The notes under the pieces were generated by a model. That model ran no database searches. It saw nothing but the letters and a program-made list of their open reading frames with translations, and was not told the origin of the DNA. 64,000 bases of DNA from the human T2T-CHM13v2.0 reference genome, Homo sapiens. Made by a program: the position numbers and the translations under genes. Shown here one piece after another: positions 11,896 through 26,170 of the stretch. Every line of letters begins with the position of its first letter. Position 1 is the first letter of the stretch. The stretch lies in the NCBI RefSeq assembly GCF_009914755.1, contig NC_060935.1; one strand, given 5' to 3'.

Positions 11896-14138
11896 TGATA
11901 TGGTTAGGCTTTGTGTCCCCACTCAAATTTCATGTTGAATTATAGTCCCTATTATCCCCACACGTTGTGGGACAAACCCAGTGGGAGGTAATTTAATCAA
12001 GGGGGCAGTTACCTTCATAGTGTTCTTATGATAGTGACTTCTCATGAAATCTGATGGTTTTATAAGGGGCTTTTCCCCGTTTTGCTCGGCACATCTCCTT
12101 GCTGCCTCCATGTGAAGAAGGATGTGTTTGCTTTCCCTTCCGCCATGATTGTAAGTTTCCTAAGGCCTCCCCAGCCCTGTGGAACTGTGAATCAATTAGA
12201 CTTCTTTCCTCTATAAATTACCCAGTCTCGGTATGTCTTTATTAGCAGCATGAGAAGAAACTAATACAGTAAATTGGTACCAGGTAGTGGGGTGTTACCG
12301 TAAAAATATCTGAAAATGTGGAAGTGACTTTGGAACTGGGTAAGAGGCAGAGGTAGGAACAATTTGGAGGGCTCAGAAGAAGATAGGAAGATGTGGGAAA
12401 GTTTGGAATTTCCTAGAGATTTGTTGAATGGCTTTGACCAAAGTGCTGATAGTGATATGGATGGACAATGGAAGTCCAGGCTGAGGCGATCTTAGAGATG
12501 AGGAGCTTTTTGGGAACTGGAGTAAAGGTCACTCTTGCTGTGCAAAGAGACTGCTGGCATTTTGCCACTGCCCTAGAGATCTGTGGAACTCCCAGCTTGA
12601 GAGAGATGATTTACGGCATCTGGTGGAAGAAATTTCTAAGTGGCAAAGCATTCAAGAAGAAGCACAGCATAAACGTTTAGAAAATTTGCAGCCTGACTAT
12701 GTGATAGAAAAGAAAACCTCATTTACTGAGTAGAAATTCAAGCTGGCTACAGAAATTTACATAAGTAATGAGGACCCAAATGTTAACCACCAAGGCATTG
12801 GGGAAAATGTCTCCAGGTCATTTTTCCCTAAGAGGGAAAAATCCTTTCATGGACCAGGCCCAGGGTCCCCCTGCAGCCTCAGGACTTGGTGCCCTGTGTA
12901 CCATCTGCTTCAGCTCCAGCCATGGCTAAAAGGGGCCAACATTCAGCTCAGCCCATTGCTTCAGAGAATACAAGCCCCAAGCCTTGGCAGCTTACACATT
13001 GTGTTGAGCCTGCGGGTACACATAAGTCAAAAACTGAGGTTTGGGAACCTCCACCTAGATTTCAGAGGATGTATGGAAACATTTGGTTGCCCAGACAGAA
13101 GTTTGATGCAGGGATGGAGCCCTCATGGAGAACCTCTGCTAGGGCAGTGAAGAAAGGAAATTGTGGGGTCAAAGCCCCCACACAGAGTCCCTCCTGGGGC
13201 ACTGTCTAGTGAAGCTGTGAGAAGAGGGCCACCATCCTCCAGACTCCAGAATAGTAGATACACCAACAGCATGCAACATGTGCCTGGAAAGGATGCAGAC
13301 ATTCAACACCAGCCTGTGAAAGCAGCCAGGAGTGGGGTTGTACCCTGCAAAGCCACAGGGGTGGAGCTGCCCAAGGCTGTGGGAGTACTCTTGCATCAGC
13401 ATGACCTGGATGTGAGACATGGAGTCAAAGGAGATCATTTTGGAACTTTAAGGTTTAATAACTCCCCTATTGGATTTTGGTCTTGCATGGGGCCTGCAGT
13501 CCCTTTGTTTTGGCCAATTTCTCTCATTTGGAATGGACATATTTTCCCAATGCCTGTACCCCCATTGTATCTCGGAAGTAACTACCTTGCTTTTGCTTTT
13601 ACAGGCTCATAGATGGAAGGGACTTGCCTTGTCTCAGGTGAGACTTTGGACTTAGACCCTTGGGTTAATGCTGGAATGAGTTAAGACTCAGGGACTATTG
13701 GAAGGGCATGATTGGGTTTAGAAATGTAAGGATATGAGATTTGGGATGGGCTGGGGCAGAATGATATGGTTGGACATTCTGTCCCTACTCAAATCTCATC
13801 TTGAATTGTAGTTCCCATAATCACCACATGCCATGGGAGGGACCCAATGGGAGGTAATTTAATCATGGGGGCAGTCACCCTCATGGTGGTCTCCTGATAG
13901 TGAGTGAGTTGTCATGATATCTGATAGTTTTTTTAGGGGCTTTCCCCTGTTTTGCCCAGCACTTCCCCTTGCTGCTGCCATGTGAAAAAGGATGTGTTTG
14001 CTTCTCCTCTGCCATAATTGTAAGTTTCCAAATGACTCCCCAGCCCTGTGGAACTGTGAGTCAATTGAAACATTTTCCTTTATAAATCATCCAGTCTTGG
14101 GTGTGTTTTTATTAGCAGCATGGGAATGGACTAATACA
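11896..14138 (+). mobile_element. Complete THE1 (THE1C/D-like) MaLR element: LTR 11896-12268, internal 12269-13761, LTR 13762-14138
   Basis: Both LTRs run TGATATGG...CTAATACA. Purine-rich tract precedes the 3' LTR. 5-bp TSD CATGC (11891-95) / CATGT (14139-43). Confidence 0.95.
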
Positions 14139-14143
14139 CATGT

Positions 14144-14470
14144 ACACCCTGGAAGCATGACGGAGTTAACCTGCCATGGAATAACCTTCAACCAGTGAGA
14201 GAAGAGGAACTGGTGAATGATGAGCACTCTTCCTTTGCTTCCCAGTTCATCATTCTGAGATGCTTTCTACACCATTCCTCAGAAGGGCAGAGTGGACTTC
14301 AGCTCAATTTCCCCACAGGGCAATCAGCTTAACACCACACACTCCTATTAGCTTTTGTTTCCCCTTCTTTCATTTCCCAGTACTCTACCCCCTTTTCACT
14401 GGGTAACGTCATAAAATAAGTGCTATGTGTAAGCCATTTCTCAGGCCCTACATTTTTGGTGCTGTTAGTG
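14144..14470 (+). mobile_element. LTR16-family (ERVL) LTR, interrupted by the THE1
   Basis: ccctggaag..gagttaac..accttcaaccagtgaga...aaataagtgctatgtgtaagcc..tctcaggc. A short 5' remnant (gccactcaca) lies left of the THE1. Confidence 0.7.
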
Positions 14471-14666
14471 GAAGAATGAGCACCTAGGCCAACACAATTA
14501 TCCATCTCATCCAGCAAGCTGACAGTTCCCAGAGGGAAAAAGGCACATTTCCTTCATTTACACATCCCCAGCTCCAAGAACCAGACCTGGCATGGATTAA
14601 GTGCCCAAATATTGATTGAACTTATTGAACAAAACCCGTGAGGTCTATAAGAGCAGGAATCGCATT

Positions 14667-16115
14667 ATTCATTCATTCATTCGTTTAACAAATATTTGTT
14701 TATGTGCTTTCCATGTATCAGGCATTGACCTACTGACTACAGGAAGAGGTAGTGAACCAAGTCTCAGCCCTCATGAACCTAATACCCTAGTAATGGAAGA
14801 AACACATCAATGTCTATTCAATACCTGGAATGCTAAAAATATCCTGTATAAAAATATATACAGGAGTGGCATCTAGGTTAGGAAGAATGCATTATTTTAT
14901 TTAGGGTAGTTAGAGCAGGCCATACTTAGGGATTTAGGAATCTACAGCCAAGTTGACAGTAAGTCATATGAAGGGCTTGAGGGAAAATTCAAGCAGAAAG
15001 AACTCAGAGCCTTGAGGCATAGGTAGGCGAAGGAGACCAGTATGGCTGGAGCAGGATGAGCAGGGAAGGATAAGGAGGAGATGCAGAGGGGTGAGAAGTA
15101 GAAGTGCTGAAGCACAGAGTGCTCTTCTGATAAGGCCTCAAAAGAAGCAAATGCTGATGCTATACTTCTTTTACAGTCTGGGACAACTGAGAACCACAGA
15201 AGTCACCTCAGACATCCACTCTAAGTGAAATGAATGGGTATTAGAGAAATCTGAGGAGAGGACTTCACATTTTAAGGGATTATTATGTTGTGTTGAAGAT
15301 AGAATGAGGCAAAGTGGAAATAAGGAGACAGGTTAAGAGACTCTTCAACTGATCAAGGGAAAAATTTACATTGGCTTGGTCCAGAATAGCAGAGGTAAAG
15401 TTGATGAGAAGCAGATATATTTTATAGCAAGAAATACCAGGATTAACTGATGGATGGAATAAGAGAGAAAAAGAAGAATTGAGGATAACTCCAAAGAATC
15501 TGCATGAACTACTGGAAGGATAAAGTTGTCATTTTCTAAGAGTGGATAGACAGTAGCATAGGCCAGGTTATGAGGTGGTAGAAATAGGAAGTTCAATTCT
15601 GGGACTCTTAATTTTGAGAAGTCTATCAGACAGCAAATTGTACAAGTGGTGATGTCAAATAAGCAGTTGAATGCACAAGTCTGGACTGCAGATGAGAGAC
15701 TTCACCTAGGGATATAAAGCCATTTAGTGTTATAAATCCTATTTAAGACCATGTAATGGAATGACATCAGCTAGGGGAAACCACAGATGGAAAGTGGAAT
15801 AAAAGTGAGAAGTATGTCCTAAAACATCCCCACTTTTAGAGGTCTGGGGGATGATGATGAGCAAGTGAAGAAAGCGAATGAAGAAAAGAACAGAGAGAAG
15901 GATGAACTAGAAGACTAATGGAGGAAATGTTTCAAGGAGGAGAGAGAAATGGCCGTGTCACCTGCTGCTGATAGATAAAGTAAGATGAGGACCAAGGAAC
16001 GACCTTGGAGTTTATCAATATTGCAGTTATTGGTGACACTGGCAGGCTGGCAGGAACTATTTTGATGGAAAGGTGGAGATGGATATCTGATTGAAATGAG
16101 TCAAGAGAGAAAGGG
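14667..16115 (-). mobile_element. L2 3' region
   Basis: (ATTC)n tail with aacaaatattt; purine-rich L2 body. Confidence 0.8.
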
Positions 16116-16319
16116 AAGAGGGGGGATTTTTGGCCACTTCTTAATTATCTTTTTCCTTAGAGATATGGTATTTTTTATGTAGTGAATTATATGGATTATG
16201 AATTCTGTGTGACTCATGAATTCATCTAAGAGACAGGAGCTCATCTCTAAGATATTACATTTCCCTCCATCATTTCCTGAGCTATGAAATAATCAACAGT
16301 TTCAAAATAATATTCTCCC

Positions 16320-16460
16320 CATGTCAACAATTATTCATTTGGTACCTGTTATATTTTTAACATAACCCTATAAGGAAAGTATCATTTTTATCCCCATTCT
16401 ATAGATGAGGAAACTAAGGCATGTAGAGCTTAAGTAATTTGCTCAAGGTCACATAACCAA
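16320..16460 (-). mobile_element. MIR
   Basis: ccccattctatagatgaggaaactaaggc core. Confidence 0.85.
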
Positions 16461-17254
16461 TATATGTCACTGCCTTCCAAGGGAAGAGTAAGCATTTGGG
16501 GTATTCAGGATTTCCATTTCTTGGTCTCTTGGGGCTACAGTTTCATCTTTACCAGCTTTCCTCTAATAGTGGGTTCAGGAGTGGGATAGCTTTCATTAAA
16601 GATCAGGGGATTTTCTGAACAGACCCCTGCAGAGATGAAAACCTTGGCTATTGCTACAAAATAAAAGATACAGCACATGCTCCCGCATCTGCCTGCTCCT
16701 GGGTTTTCTGTAGGCTGGTGAATAATTTTTTTTCTCAGTGTTTCATCTGCACCTTTTTTTTAAGCTAAAGAGAAAGTTCCCTTTGAGTAGAAAAAACAGT
16801 GGTATCTCTTTTACAAAGAATCTGTGTGTATACATAATGTTTCATGGCCAAGTAAAGAAAGCAGCAAGGAAGAGAATATTGAAGCAATGCAAAATACTTT
16901 GTCTTTTAAATTTGAATTCAACATTTTCTGTCCCAGGAGACAATTTTTCTTTCCTTCCTGATTCACTATTATTAAACATTGTGCTGCTATATTATTTGCC
17001 TTTCCACTAGGTCCACATCATCCTATAAAAATAAATAATAAAATAGATATTATCTCAAACATGTCCTGACCACATAAGATGGGGTGACATTTGGATTTAG
17101 GCAAACTAGATTTAAGTTTCAGCTCAATCATTGCTCTTGTATCTGAGTGGCTTTTGCTTGGTCTATCATAATGAACTATCTTCACAAAGACAAACTGGAA
17201 TAGAGAAGAGGATCTATGGTATTCTGACCCCTTATTACTCATTTCCATCATTCT

Positions 17255-17932
17255 AGATCCCATTCTCTTTTTTTCTAGGCCACTGAAACAGTCTCTGAAT
17301 TATTTTCTCCACATCAATTCTTGTCTTCCTTTAATTCATTTCCTACACTAAAGTCCAAGTGACATTTTTAAAACACAAAAATTGACCATGTTACTCTTCT
17401 CATTTAAAGACTTCAAAGATAGGTATTCATTGCACTTAAGACAAAGAACAAATTCTTTAAACTACTCATAATCCCATCAGATCTAGTCCCTGCCTACTTC
17501 AGCTGTTAATTATACACCATTCTCTCTATCTCCATTTTAGGACTCTGTCCATACTGGCCATGTGGCTTTTCCAGCTTTTCATGCCATTTGTTCTATCTGG
17601 AGAGCTTCCTGACACATTACTCAGCCTTTAATTAATTGCTACTCAACTTTTATGTAGAACTCAACTCAAATTCACTTCCAAAGGGTAATATTTTTTCATG
17701 CTCCTACAATCCCTCTAGAATAGGTCCATTTCCCTTGTGATGTGTTCTCAAATACTCTGTCCTTCTTTGTAGAACTCATTAAAAGTGAAATTAAATATTT
17801 GCTATGTAATAATTTATCTGATGACTGTAATCTCTAATAGAAAGCAATCTTTGTAAGGTAAAAACTGTCATTTCTCATCACATAGCCCTCTGTCTTGTAT
17901 ATCGTTGGCACTCAATAATTATTTAATGAATA
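17255..17932 (+). mobile_element. L2 3' region
   Basis: Ends ggcactcaataattatttaatgaat. Confidence 0.75.
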
Positions 17933-18038
17933 AATTCAAGACTTTTCATTTTCTGTATCTGTGAAATGGAAGTGCTTCCTATATTTCTACCTTGCAGGGG
18001 TCTTCTAGGGCCTAGAGATACTATATACCCTTTGCATG

Positions 18039-18415
18039 CATATTAATCTGTTCTCATGCTGCTATAAAGATTGCCCTTAGACTGGGTAATTTATAAAGGA
18101 AAGAGGTTTAATTGATTCACAGTTCTGCATTGCCGGGGAGACCTCAGGAAACTTACAACCACAGCGAAAGGCAAAGGAGAAGCGGGCATCTTCTTCCCAG
18201 GGTGATAGGAAGGAGTGAGTGCAAGCAGGGAAAATGCCAGACATTTATAAAACTATCAGATCTCATGACACTCACTCACTGTCACCACAACAGCATGGGG
18301 GAATCTGCCCCCAGGATCCAATTACCTTCACCGGGTCCTGCCCTTGATACATGGGGATTATGGGGATTACAATTCAAGATGAGATTTGGGGTGGGGACGC
18401 ATCCAAACCATAACA
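18039..18415 (-). mobile_element. THE1D-like solo LTR
   Basis: tattaatctgttctcatgctgctataaag...gcagggaaaatgccagac...gagatttggggtggggac..ccaaaccataaca. Confidence 0.92.
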
Positions 18416-18813
18416 GCAGATGTGTGTTTAGTTCATAATGATGCATCCTTCTTTTAAAATTGTTTTCTCTTTCTCTTTAGGAAATAGTTTTTCATGGAGG
18501 TAAAGTTTTCGTAGCTTATGTGTACTGAGAATACAGCTGAGTGGACCTTAAACTGGGCCACTCAGGAGCCATTCATCAGGAGTTTTGAATTGAGCCTGTT
18601 ATATGTCAATTTATTCTGGACTCATCTTTGAATGGAGGGATATACAAAACAAACAAAACTAAAAGCAAAACAAAACAAAACAAAAACCCACACAGACACA
18701 ACAATAGCATCAACAGAAACCTAAACGAAAATTAGAGAGGTAAACAGTGGATATTTTCTACTCTTTGGTCAAATGTAAGAATTTGGACCAAGTAGCAGAT
18801 AAAGTTAACATGC

Positions 18814-18815
18814 AA

Positions 18816-18858
<43 letters not shown>

Positions 18859-18860
18859 AT
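18814..18860. repeat. (TAAA)n microsatellite; a (CAAAA)n tract lies nearby at 18645-18690
   Basis: Directly visible. Confidence 0.95.
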
Positions 18861-18869
18861 GCAATGGCA

Positions 18870-19095
18870 CAGATGTGCAGAGAGAAAATGAGACAGAATT
18901 GGAGGAAAAAAGACTCTGCATTCCATATACTTTCCCCTCTCCTGATTCTGCCGGTTTTGTGAGGCTTGACTGCCTGGTGCCCTTGAGCTGATTTCACAAG
19001 ATAGCTCTGTATCCTTTATAATGAATTCTTCCCTTCCCTGCATAAGTCAACTTCTCAGTGTCTATTGCTGTAATTAAAGAATTCCAACTAAAATA
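18870..19095 (+). mobile_element. Ancient MaLR LTR 3' fragment (MLT1M/N-like)
   Basis: tatcctttataatgaattc..ccctt..taagtcaactt...tctattgctgtaattaaaga end pattern. Confidence 0.5.
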
Positions 19096-20746
19096 ATATT
19101 TGAAAATACTGACAGAACCTAGTAGGTACTCTATAAATGATAATTGGTATAAGTATACTTACCTCAAATGCTACTACTTAAATGACACTTGTACTGGCTG
19201 AAATTTATTGAGTATATTCTACTTGATTGGTACAAGGACCCTTTCATATTACTCAAATCTTTACAAAATTTTTGTTAAATAGACTGCTAGGTGCTTTGCA
19301 TATTGCATTTAAATTTGTTCTATATGTACCTGGGTTCTTTACCATATGCAAACATGGCAGTGGGTGAGCCTCTGCTATTATTTATTTATCACTGGCACCT
19401 TGAACAGCTCCTGGCATATTAATGTGCATGAACACATGTTTGTTGACTGAATAACTGATTGCCCTTGTGTAAGTTTCTCTCAGAGTCATGGTTTTCTTAC
19501 TTTGAACTAGGATATTTATACCTATCACACAGAATTAGAGCAAAAATTAGATGACAGATGTATAAGTCATCAGAAAATATCAAAATAAAATATGAATTGC
19601 CATTAGTACTCTTGTAGTTGGGCAGGGTCCTGCCATCAACACTATCTAACACATGAGAATCCTGAGGCCAGAGTGGTCATATGGTATGCCCAAAGTTAAC
19701 AAGTGTTAAATATTAAATAGATCATTGAAAAAAAAACCCTATATCCTCATATATCAGGTATGGTTTATGCAAAATAGACCTGAAGCAAAATCTATTTTAG
19801 AGGAGGAAAAATATTATATTAGTTAATGAAAGCAGAATGTATTTATCAATGACACTGAAAAAAAACAGACAAAATAAAATGGCCAAGGATCTTACAGTAT
19901 GAGATGAGCAAATAACAGACAAGCCATTCAACTATAAGGAAAAATATCTCCAAATGAAGCTAAGTTGTATCAGCAGCACTCCCAGATGCCTCAGTTACGG
20001 GACTCCACCTCATCATGACACTATCACAAGATGAGCCTCTGGGTGACATGTGGTCTCAGTATGTACACCTTGAGGGACAGTCTGGAAACGAACTGGGATA
20101 AATTTTACACAAAGGTAAAATGATGTTATGATAAAGAGGAGAGGAACTGAGTTGCTGAGCCTATGAAATGAGGAACATTCTAGCTCTTAAGACTCTTTCA
20201 GTGGCTCATTAATGTATTCTTAGTCAATGTAAATAAAGTAAATTATTTGAGTACTTGTGGCCTCACTTCATCTATCTTGTGGCCATCCACTGGTTAATGA
20301 TTATATCTTCTTGAGTGTATAAAATAATATCTCAAAATTAGCATGCCAAAAACTTATTTCTTGATCATTACCACTTTCCACCAAAACAAAACAAGATAAA
20401 ACAACACATCCTACCTTCCCTCCTGGCTTCCCCATGTAAGCACTGATACCCTTATCTTTCTGGTGAGTAAAGTCAAGGTCTTCCTTGATGTTTCTATTCC
20501 TCTAATACACTTTGTCAATCTATCATCACATTTTGTTGGCTTAATCTTTAAAATATGACCACTTCTCAATAATTTACCGTTACTACCCTGGCCTAAGTTG
20601 CTATCATCTTTTGGCTGGAGGAGGCAATAGACTTCTACTGGTCTTTTGGCTTCTTCCTTACCTCATTTCAGTCTGTTTCAAATATAACAGCCAGATTGAC
20701 CTTAAAATCTTTACTGGACACTCACTTTTTACAGTATTTTTGCCTC

Positions 20747-21329
20747 TGTATTAGAGTTCTTCTGAGATAATTAACAGGAAAGGAGACTAGATAGATGACA
20801 GACAGACAGACAGACAGATAGGAAGGGATTTATTAGGGGAATTGACTTACGTGATTATAGAGGCTGAAAAATCCCATGATAGGTTGTCTTCAAGTGAGAA
20901 ATATTGGGATGTCAGTAGTGTGAGTCACTCCAAATCCAAAAGCCTCCGAATCAGGGAAGCCAATGTGTATAATTCTCAGTCCAAGGCCAAAGGCCTAAAA
21001 ACCCAGGGGAAAGGGGTTGCTGACATAAATCTTGGAGTCTCAAGACTGGAGAGCCTGGGATCCTAATATTCAAGGGTGGAGGAGAAGAGTATGTTTCAAC
21101 TTCAGAAGAGAGAAAGCAATTCACCTTTCCTCTGTTCTATCCAAGCCCCCCAGCCCATCTGATGGTCCTTGACAATATGGAGGGCAGACCTTTCCCACTT
21201 AGTCCACTCAGACTCTCATAGCAATCTCCTCTGGAAATACGCTCACTAATACACCAGAAAATAATACTTCATTGATTATCTAGGTATTCCTTAATCCAAT
21301 CAAGTGGATATCTAAAATGAACCATCACA
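20747..21329 (-). mobile_element. MLT2B-like (ERVL) LTR inserted in an L2
   Basis: tgtattagagttct...gggaattgacttacgtgattatagaggctga...caagtggatatctaaaatgaaccatcaca. Confidence 0.88.
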
Positions 21330-21479
21330 TCAACTCATTAAGGAAAAAAATGCCAAAATCATGACAATGACCTACAAGACGTAACACAATCTACTCAAAC
21401 AGAGCCTACAAATAAATATTGAAACAATACGATAGGTCTCCATCTCTATTCATTATCTTAAAAGAATATCTTCAACATA

Positions 21480-22985
21480 CTTATTTTTATTTAGGAAATA
21501 ACAGATAAAATGAATTATACATAAGTGCTATATTCTAGTTAATAAAGTTATTTCACTTGGGGGGATCCACAGTTCTGAAATCACTGTGCCTGTATACTGG
21601 AACTGAACATTTAAGTAAATGGATTGCAAAGAATGGGAGCTGGGTTTCTCACTGTTAGAGTGGGGGGCCACAAATAAGCAAAAGTAGGAGCTATAATGAT
21701 ATATGTGGCAATGAATTAGAGTTTGAGGCATCAGTATAAACTTATGTTTTGCTATGGATAATATAAGTAGTTACATATGGAAATATTTACAGATACATAG
21801 ATTAATAGACACACATATATTTATATATTTGCTCTGTTAGCTGGAAAAGTCTAGAAGCAATGACATCTCAGCAACAAGCATACCAAGTGCTCAGATCCCA
21901 GTTTATAAAACTATTTCTCCAATAAAAGGAATCAGGACCCTTTGGAGAAATAACCAACTCTATGCCTGTGGCTGGAATTATACAAAATGAGCTTAGGGCA
22001 TCTTGTAGAACCAGAAGGGAAGTGCTCAAACACAGACACACAGACACACACACACACACACACACACACATGCACACACCACCTGCACTCTGCACTGGCG
22101 AGATATGTCAAAGGACACAAGAGCCAACTCACAGGTCTCTCAATGGCCAAAGTGAGAACAATCTGAGCAACAAAACAAATATAAAGTCGTGTTGGATAAT
22201 GATCCAGAGTATAAAATAAATATCCATAACCCTATAACACTATAAATAAGCGATTCATAAGGAAGAAGAAATACGCCTCTCAGATGTAGAACTTCACATA
22301 ATTTATGCAAATGTTAGACCCTAAAGGAGGGGGAGATAAACCTCCGATTCCCTAGTGTGGGCTGTGTAAATAATTTCCCTCCAATGAGTATAATATGAAA
22401 AGGGGTGGGGAAGAATAACTTGATGATAGAGAAACCTAACAAATTCTATTTTACCTGGGTGATCAAGGTTAGCATCAACAGTAATAAGTCATGTCAATAT
22501 TATATACTCTGGGCATAATATGGTGAAAATAGCACTTTGCCTCTGTGCTTCATTCTCCAAACCCATAACCTCAATCTAATTATGAGAAAACATCAGACAA
22601 ATGCTGACTGAGGGACATTCTACAAAACATCTGACCAGAATTTCTCAAAACTGTCAAGATTTCCCAAGTTTGAGAAACTGTCTTAGCCAAAAGGAAACTA
22701 AGGAAATATGATGAGTAAATGTGCTGTATCCTGGATGAAATTTTAGAACAGAAAAAGGACATTAAGTAAACAAACTCACTCTCACACTAAGTTAACCTGA
22801 ATAAAGTACGGACTTTATTTAATAATAATATATCAATATTGGTTCATTAATTGTGACAAATGTACCATACTAAAAATCAGATTTTAAAAATAGAGGGAAC
22901 TAGGTGTGGGATATATAGGAACTCTCTGTACTATTCAGTAAATACAAAACTATTATAAAATAACAAAGTTTTATTTTAAAAAAAA
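21480..22985 (+). mobile_element. L1MC (L1MC3/4-like) 3'UTR containing a (CA)n at about 22030-22080
   Basis: ggttcattaattgtgacaaatgtaccatac...ggaactctctgtacta end motifs. Confidence 0.8.
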
Positions 22986-23124
22986 CAGCATGTAAAAGTG
23001 GTTTTACTTGCTAAAATTCTCTATCATTGTTTATACATACATAGATATCTTAAAAGATGTTCTTGAAAATATTAACAATGATGTGAATTGGTAAAGTGTT
23101 TCCTTAAATGATTTCTCTGTTCTG

Positions 23125-23270
23125 TTTTTATTTTTACTTTTATTTTTATTTTATAGAAATGAGGTCTTACTTTGTTGCCCAGGCTGGTCTCGAACTCCTG
23201 GGCTCAAGCAATCCTCCCCCCTTAGCCTCCCCCTAATGCTGATATTACAGGTGTGAGCCACCACACCAGC
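23125..23270 (-). mobile_element. FLAM_C (Alu monomer)
   Basis: T-rich tail plus tgttgcccaggctggtctcgaactcctgggctcaagcaatcc; single arm only. Confidence 0.9.
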
Positions 23271-23320
23271 CAGTTATTATTTTTAAGTGTTATTAATACA
23301 TGTATTATTTTATTTAAAAG

Positions 23321-23365
<45 letters not shown>

Positions 23366-23374
23366 ATCTATCTA
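23321..23374. repeat. (TCTA)n microsatellite
   Basis: Directly visible. Confidence 0.95.
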
Positions 23375-24019
23375 TGAAAAGAAGGGCCATGTCCTTGGGG
23401 CAGCCTGCCACTTTACTCCTAAAATGTATTTTTCTTTCTTATTAATAAGAATAAGCCCCTACTTTCCTTGCAGAAGGCTGTAGAAACATCTCCCGCAAGC
23501 AGCACTTTTTGGTCTGATAACAAACCCCCAGCTTTACTCTTTTTTCTTTCCACTGGGGCAGTTTCTAACAGTTTGAGAGAGCTAATCAAAGTAATTGTTG
23601 AATCTTGATGACCAGAGCTTCACATGCCAAGCATTTTCTCCCAAACTGGGTTATTTAGAGTCCAGTGAAGCTGGGAATAAATATATAAAGCTAAGTAATT
23701 TAGGGAGATTGAATAATTTCCAGAAAATTTCTTTCACTTGGAAGCATGAAATTACATGCACTATAGTGGAATGAAATCAAATCAATCAGCAGCTCAGAAT
23801 CTCCCGGCTCTACAATCAGCAGGAGCTCAGAAGCTGCTCACTGGGAGGGAAGCTGAAGTTTGGTGGAATACAAAGAGACTGATACCTTGTTACCTGGGAG
23901 ATCTAGCTTTGGTTGCTGATGAGAGGTGTGCATAGGAGAATGCAGGTTGATCAGAGGAAAGGTGGAGGTGCAGGGTGATTGCCCTAACACCTAACTAACC
24001 AGAATGACTCCCTGCCAGA

Positions 24020-24530
24020 GTCATTATTCATTTCCTTGGATAAAGTCCAAACTCCTTAGAGAAGAATATACTTTTCTTGGGGACCTAATCCTTACCTCCT
24101 TCTTAAGCTTATTTTCATCACTTCCTCCCTCACACCCACATTCAGCCATATCAGCCAGATCCTTCTCATGGATTTGTGAATGACCAAGCTCTCTTAGGCC
24201 TCTCTGTCTTTGCAGCAGCATGCCAAGAAGACCCAGAATGCCTGTCCTCTTCCTCATCGCCTGGCAAATTGAGATTTTACCTCCTCCAAAGCAATCGCTC
24301 TAATGCCCTCGTTTTAAGAAAGTATCCAGGTCTACCTTCATGAAACATATTGAATTAAGATCTATTATAGCACATACCATATCAGATTTCCTGGTCTTTC
24401 TTTTCACAGGACTGTGCACTTTTTGAAAATAGAAACTTCACCCTCTACTAGGGTATTGTGAGTATGTAACATAGTATCCAACACTTAGTAGGTGCTTAAA
24501 AACTGCTTGTGAATGAGGAATGAACAAATG
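24020..24530 (+). mobile_element. L2 3' region
   Basis: ggataaagtccaaactcctta...tagtaggtgcttaaaaactgcttgtgaatga. Confidence 0.75.
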
Positions 24531-24584
24531 AATTTGGCAGCTTATGAAAAAATGTTAGAATTTGGAGTAATTCACTTAAAATGT

Positions 24585-24840
24585 GCACGTGCACACATGC
24601 ACACACACATGCACACACACGTACACACACACACAGTGAGGATTTCCAACATTCAGAAAACTTTGCTGAAAGGCATCCACAAAAGCAGAACACTGCAGCC
24701 TGAAATGAATACAAAGCCTAACATGCAAGGAAAAATAAGAAATATTTCTAAAATGAACCTATTCCAAATGCCAGCTTTTCTAATATTTTTTTCTATGATT
24801 TGCAAAAATAAATAAATAAATAAATAAATAAACAAATAAA
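24585..24840. repeat. Imperfect (CA)n at 24585-24635 and (TAAA)n at 24806-24840
   Basis: Directly visible. Confidence 0.9.
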
Positions 24841-26170
24841 AGTCCCCTATGTATCAGGGTAGAAACAGAGGCAGAGGACATTCACAAACACCATAAATCA
24901 GCTGAAGTCTCTCATAATCAGGTGGGTGACTGTCTAAGAGAATGTCTCCTGGAGTGCATCAGTAATTAGGGAGCTAATGGAAAATTACCAACCAACAAAA
25001 TCTATGACCGTTCCGAGGACAATGGAATCCCAGGCTTAGAGTACCACAGGTTTATTAAGAACAAATCATGCCCAAACATTTTGATAGCTTTTTTGATAGT
25101 GGCTGGCCAATTCCTGCCACACTTGCTCCATTGCCTCTACATTGCCTTCTAAATCAATTTAAAATGTCTTCTTTTGAGTTGACCTTCAAGGCTCTCCAAT
25201 ATTTGGTTTATTACTTTGCTTTTCTCTCCCCTCTCTCTGTTTCTCCTGTTCGCATCTCTCCTGGCTTTTGTCTTTGATTGTCTGCTCTGACTTTGTGTTT
25301 ATCCTTACGTAACTGTGGCTTTGCACATGTTACCTGTTCTACTCCAAAAGTCTGTCCCTTCTTTAGACTACCTAGTAAAGTTCTATACATCCTTCAAAGA
25401 CACTATCAGGAACCTATGCTGTCCCGGCCAGTTTCCAACATCAGAGGTGGTAAATCATTCCTTCATATTCCCTTCTATATGCACCTGTTGCTAGGCTATA
25501 ATGTAATTTATGTTTTACTTGTATATTTTCCCCATTAATCTGTGAACAGAGGCACCGGAATGAAAATTTCTCTAGGGCAGCGATTTCTGTCTGTCGTGTT
25601 CACTGATGTTGCTTAAGTACTGAGAACACACACACCTTTCTTCCCCAGGCCCCTGACAGTCACATGCACACACACTTTGATAAATAAATAAGTTCCCCCA
25701 TAGTAAGACTGTTATCTTATATAAAATCGTAACAGATGGCCTAACATATAATAGCTGCTCAGTGAATGACTCTTTATTGATGGAATGGTGCAGAATGGAA
25801 AGAAACAAATATAAACAAACTGACTCAATTCTATAACAGCATTTACTAACTCTTATGATACATATCCCCTATCTTACTAAAACATTTCTAGAAAATATTT
25901 CTGGATACTCTTAGCTTTATTCCACTTTTCCATTTACTGATATAGTAAACTATATGAAAATTAAAATAGCTTATAGTTATTTAGACCTATGTAATCAGTA
26001 CTGTGACTTTCCAAGAATAATTAATTTAATCTTTACAATCATAACCTTGAGGTGGGTAATTTTGTTAAATTTAACTTTATTTTTAAATAATTACATATTC
26101 ATATTCAGTTGTAAGACATAAGTCTAATAAGAGATTCCTGTACCTGTCATTCAATTTTCTTCAATGGTAG

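Noticed and set aside
12886-13655. 100-150 aa ORFs
   Set aside because: They lie wholly within THE1-int and are typical degenerate MaLR reading frames.
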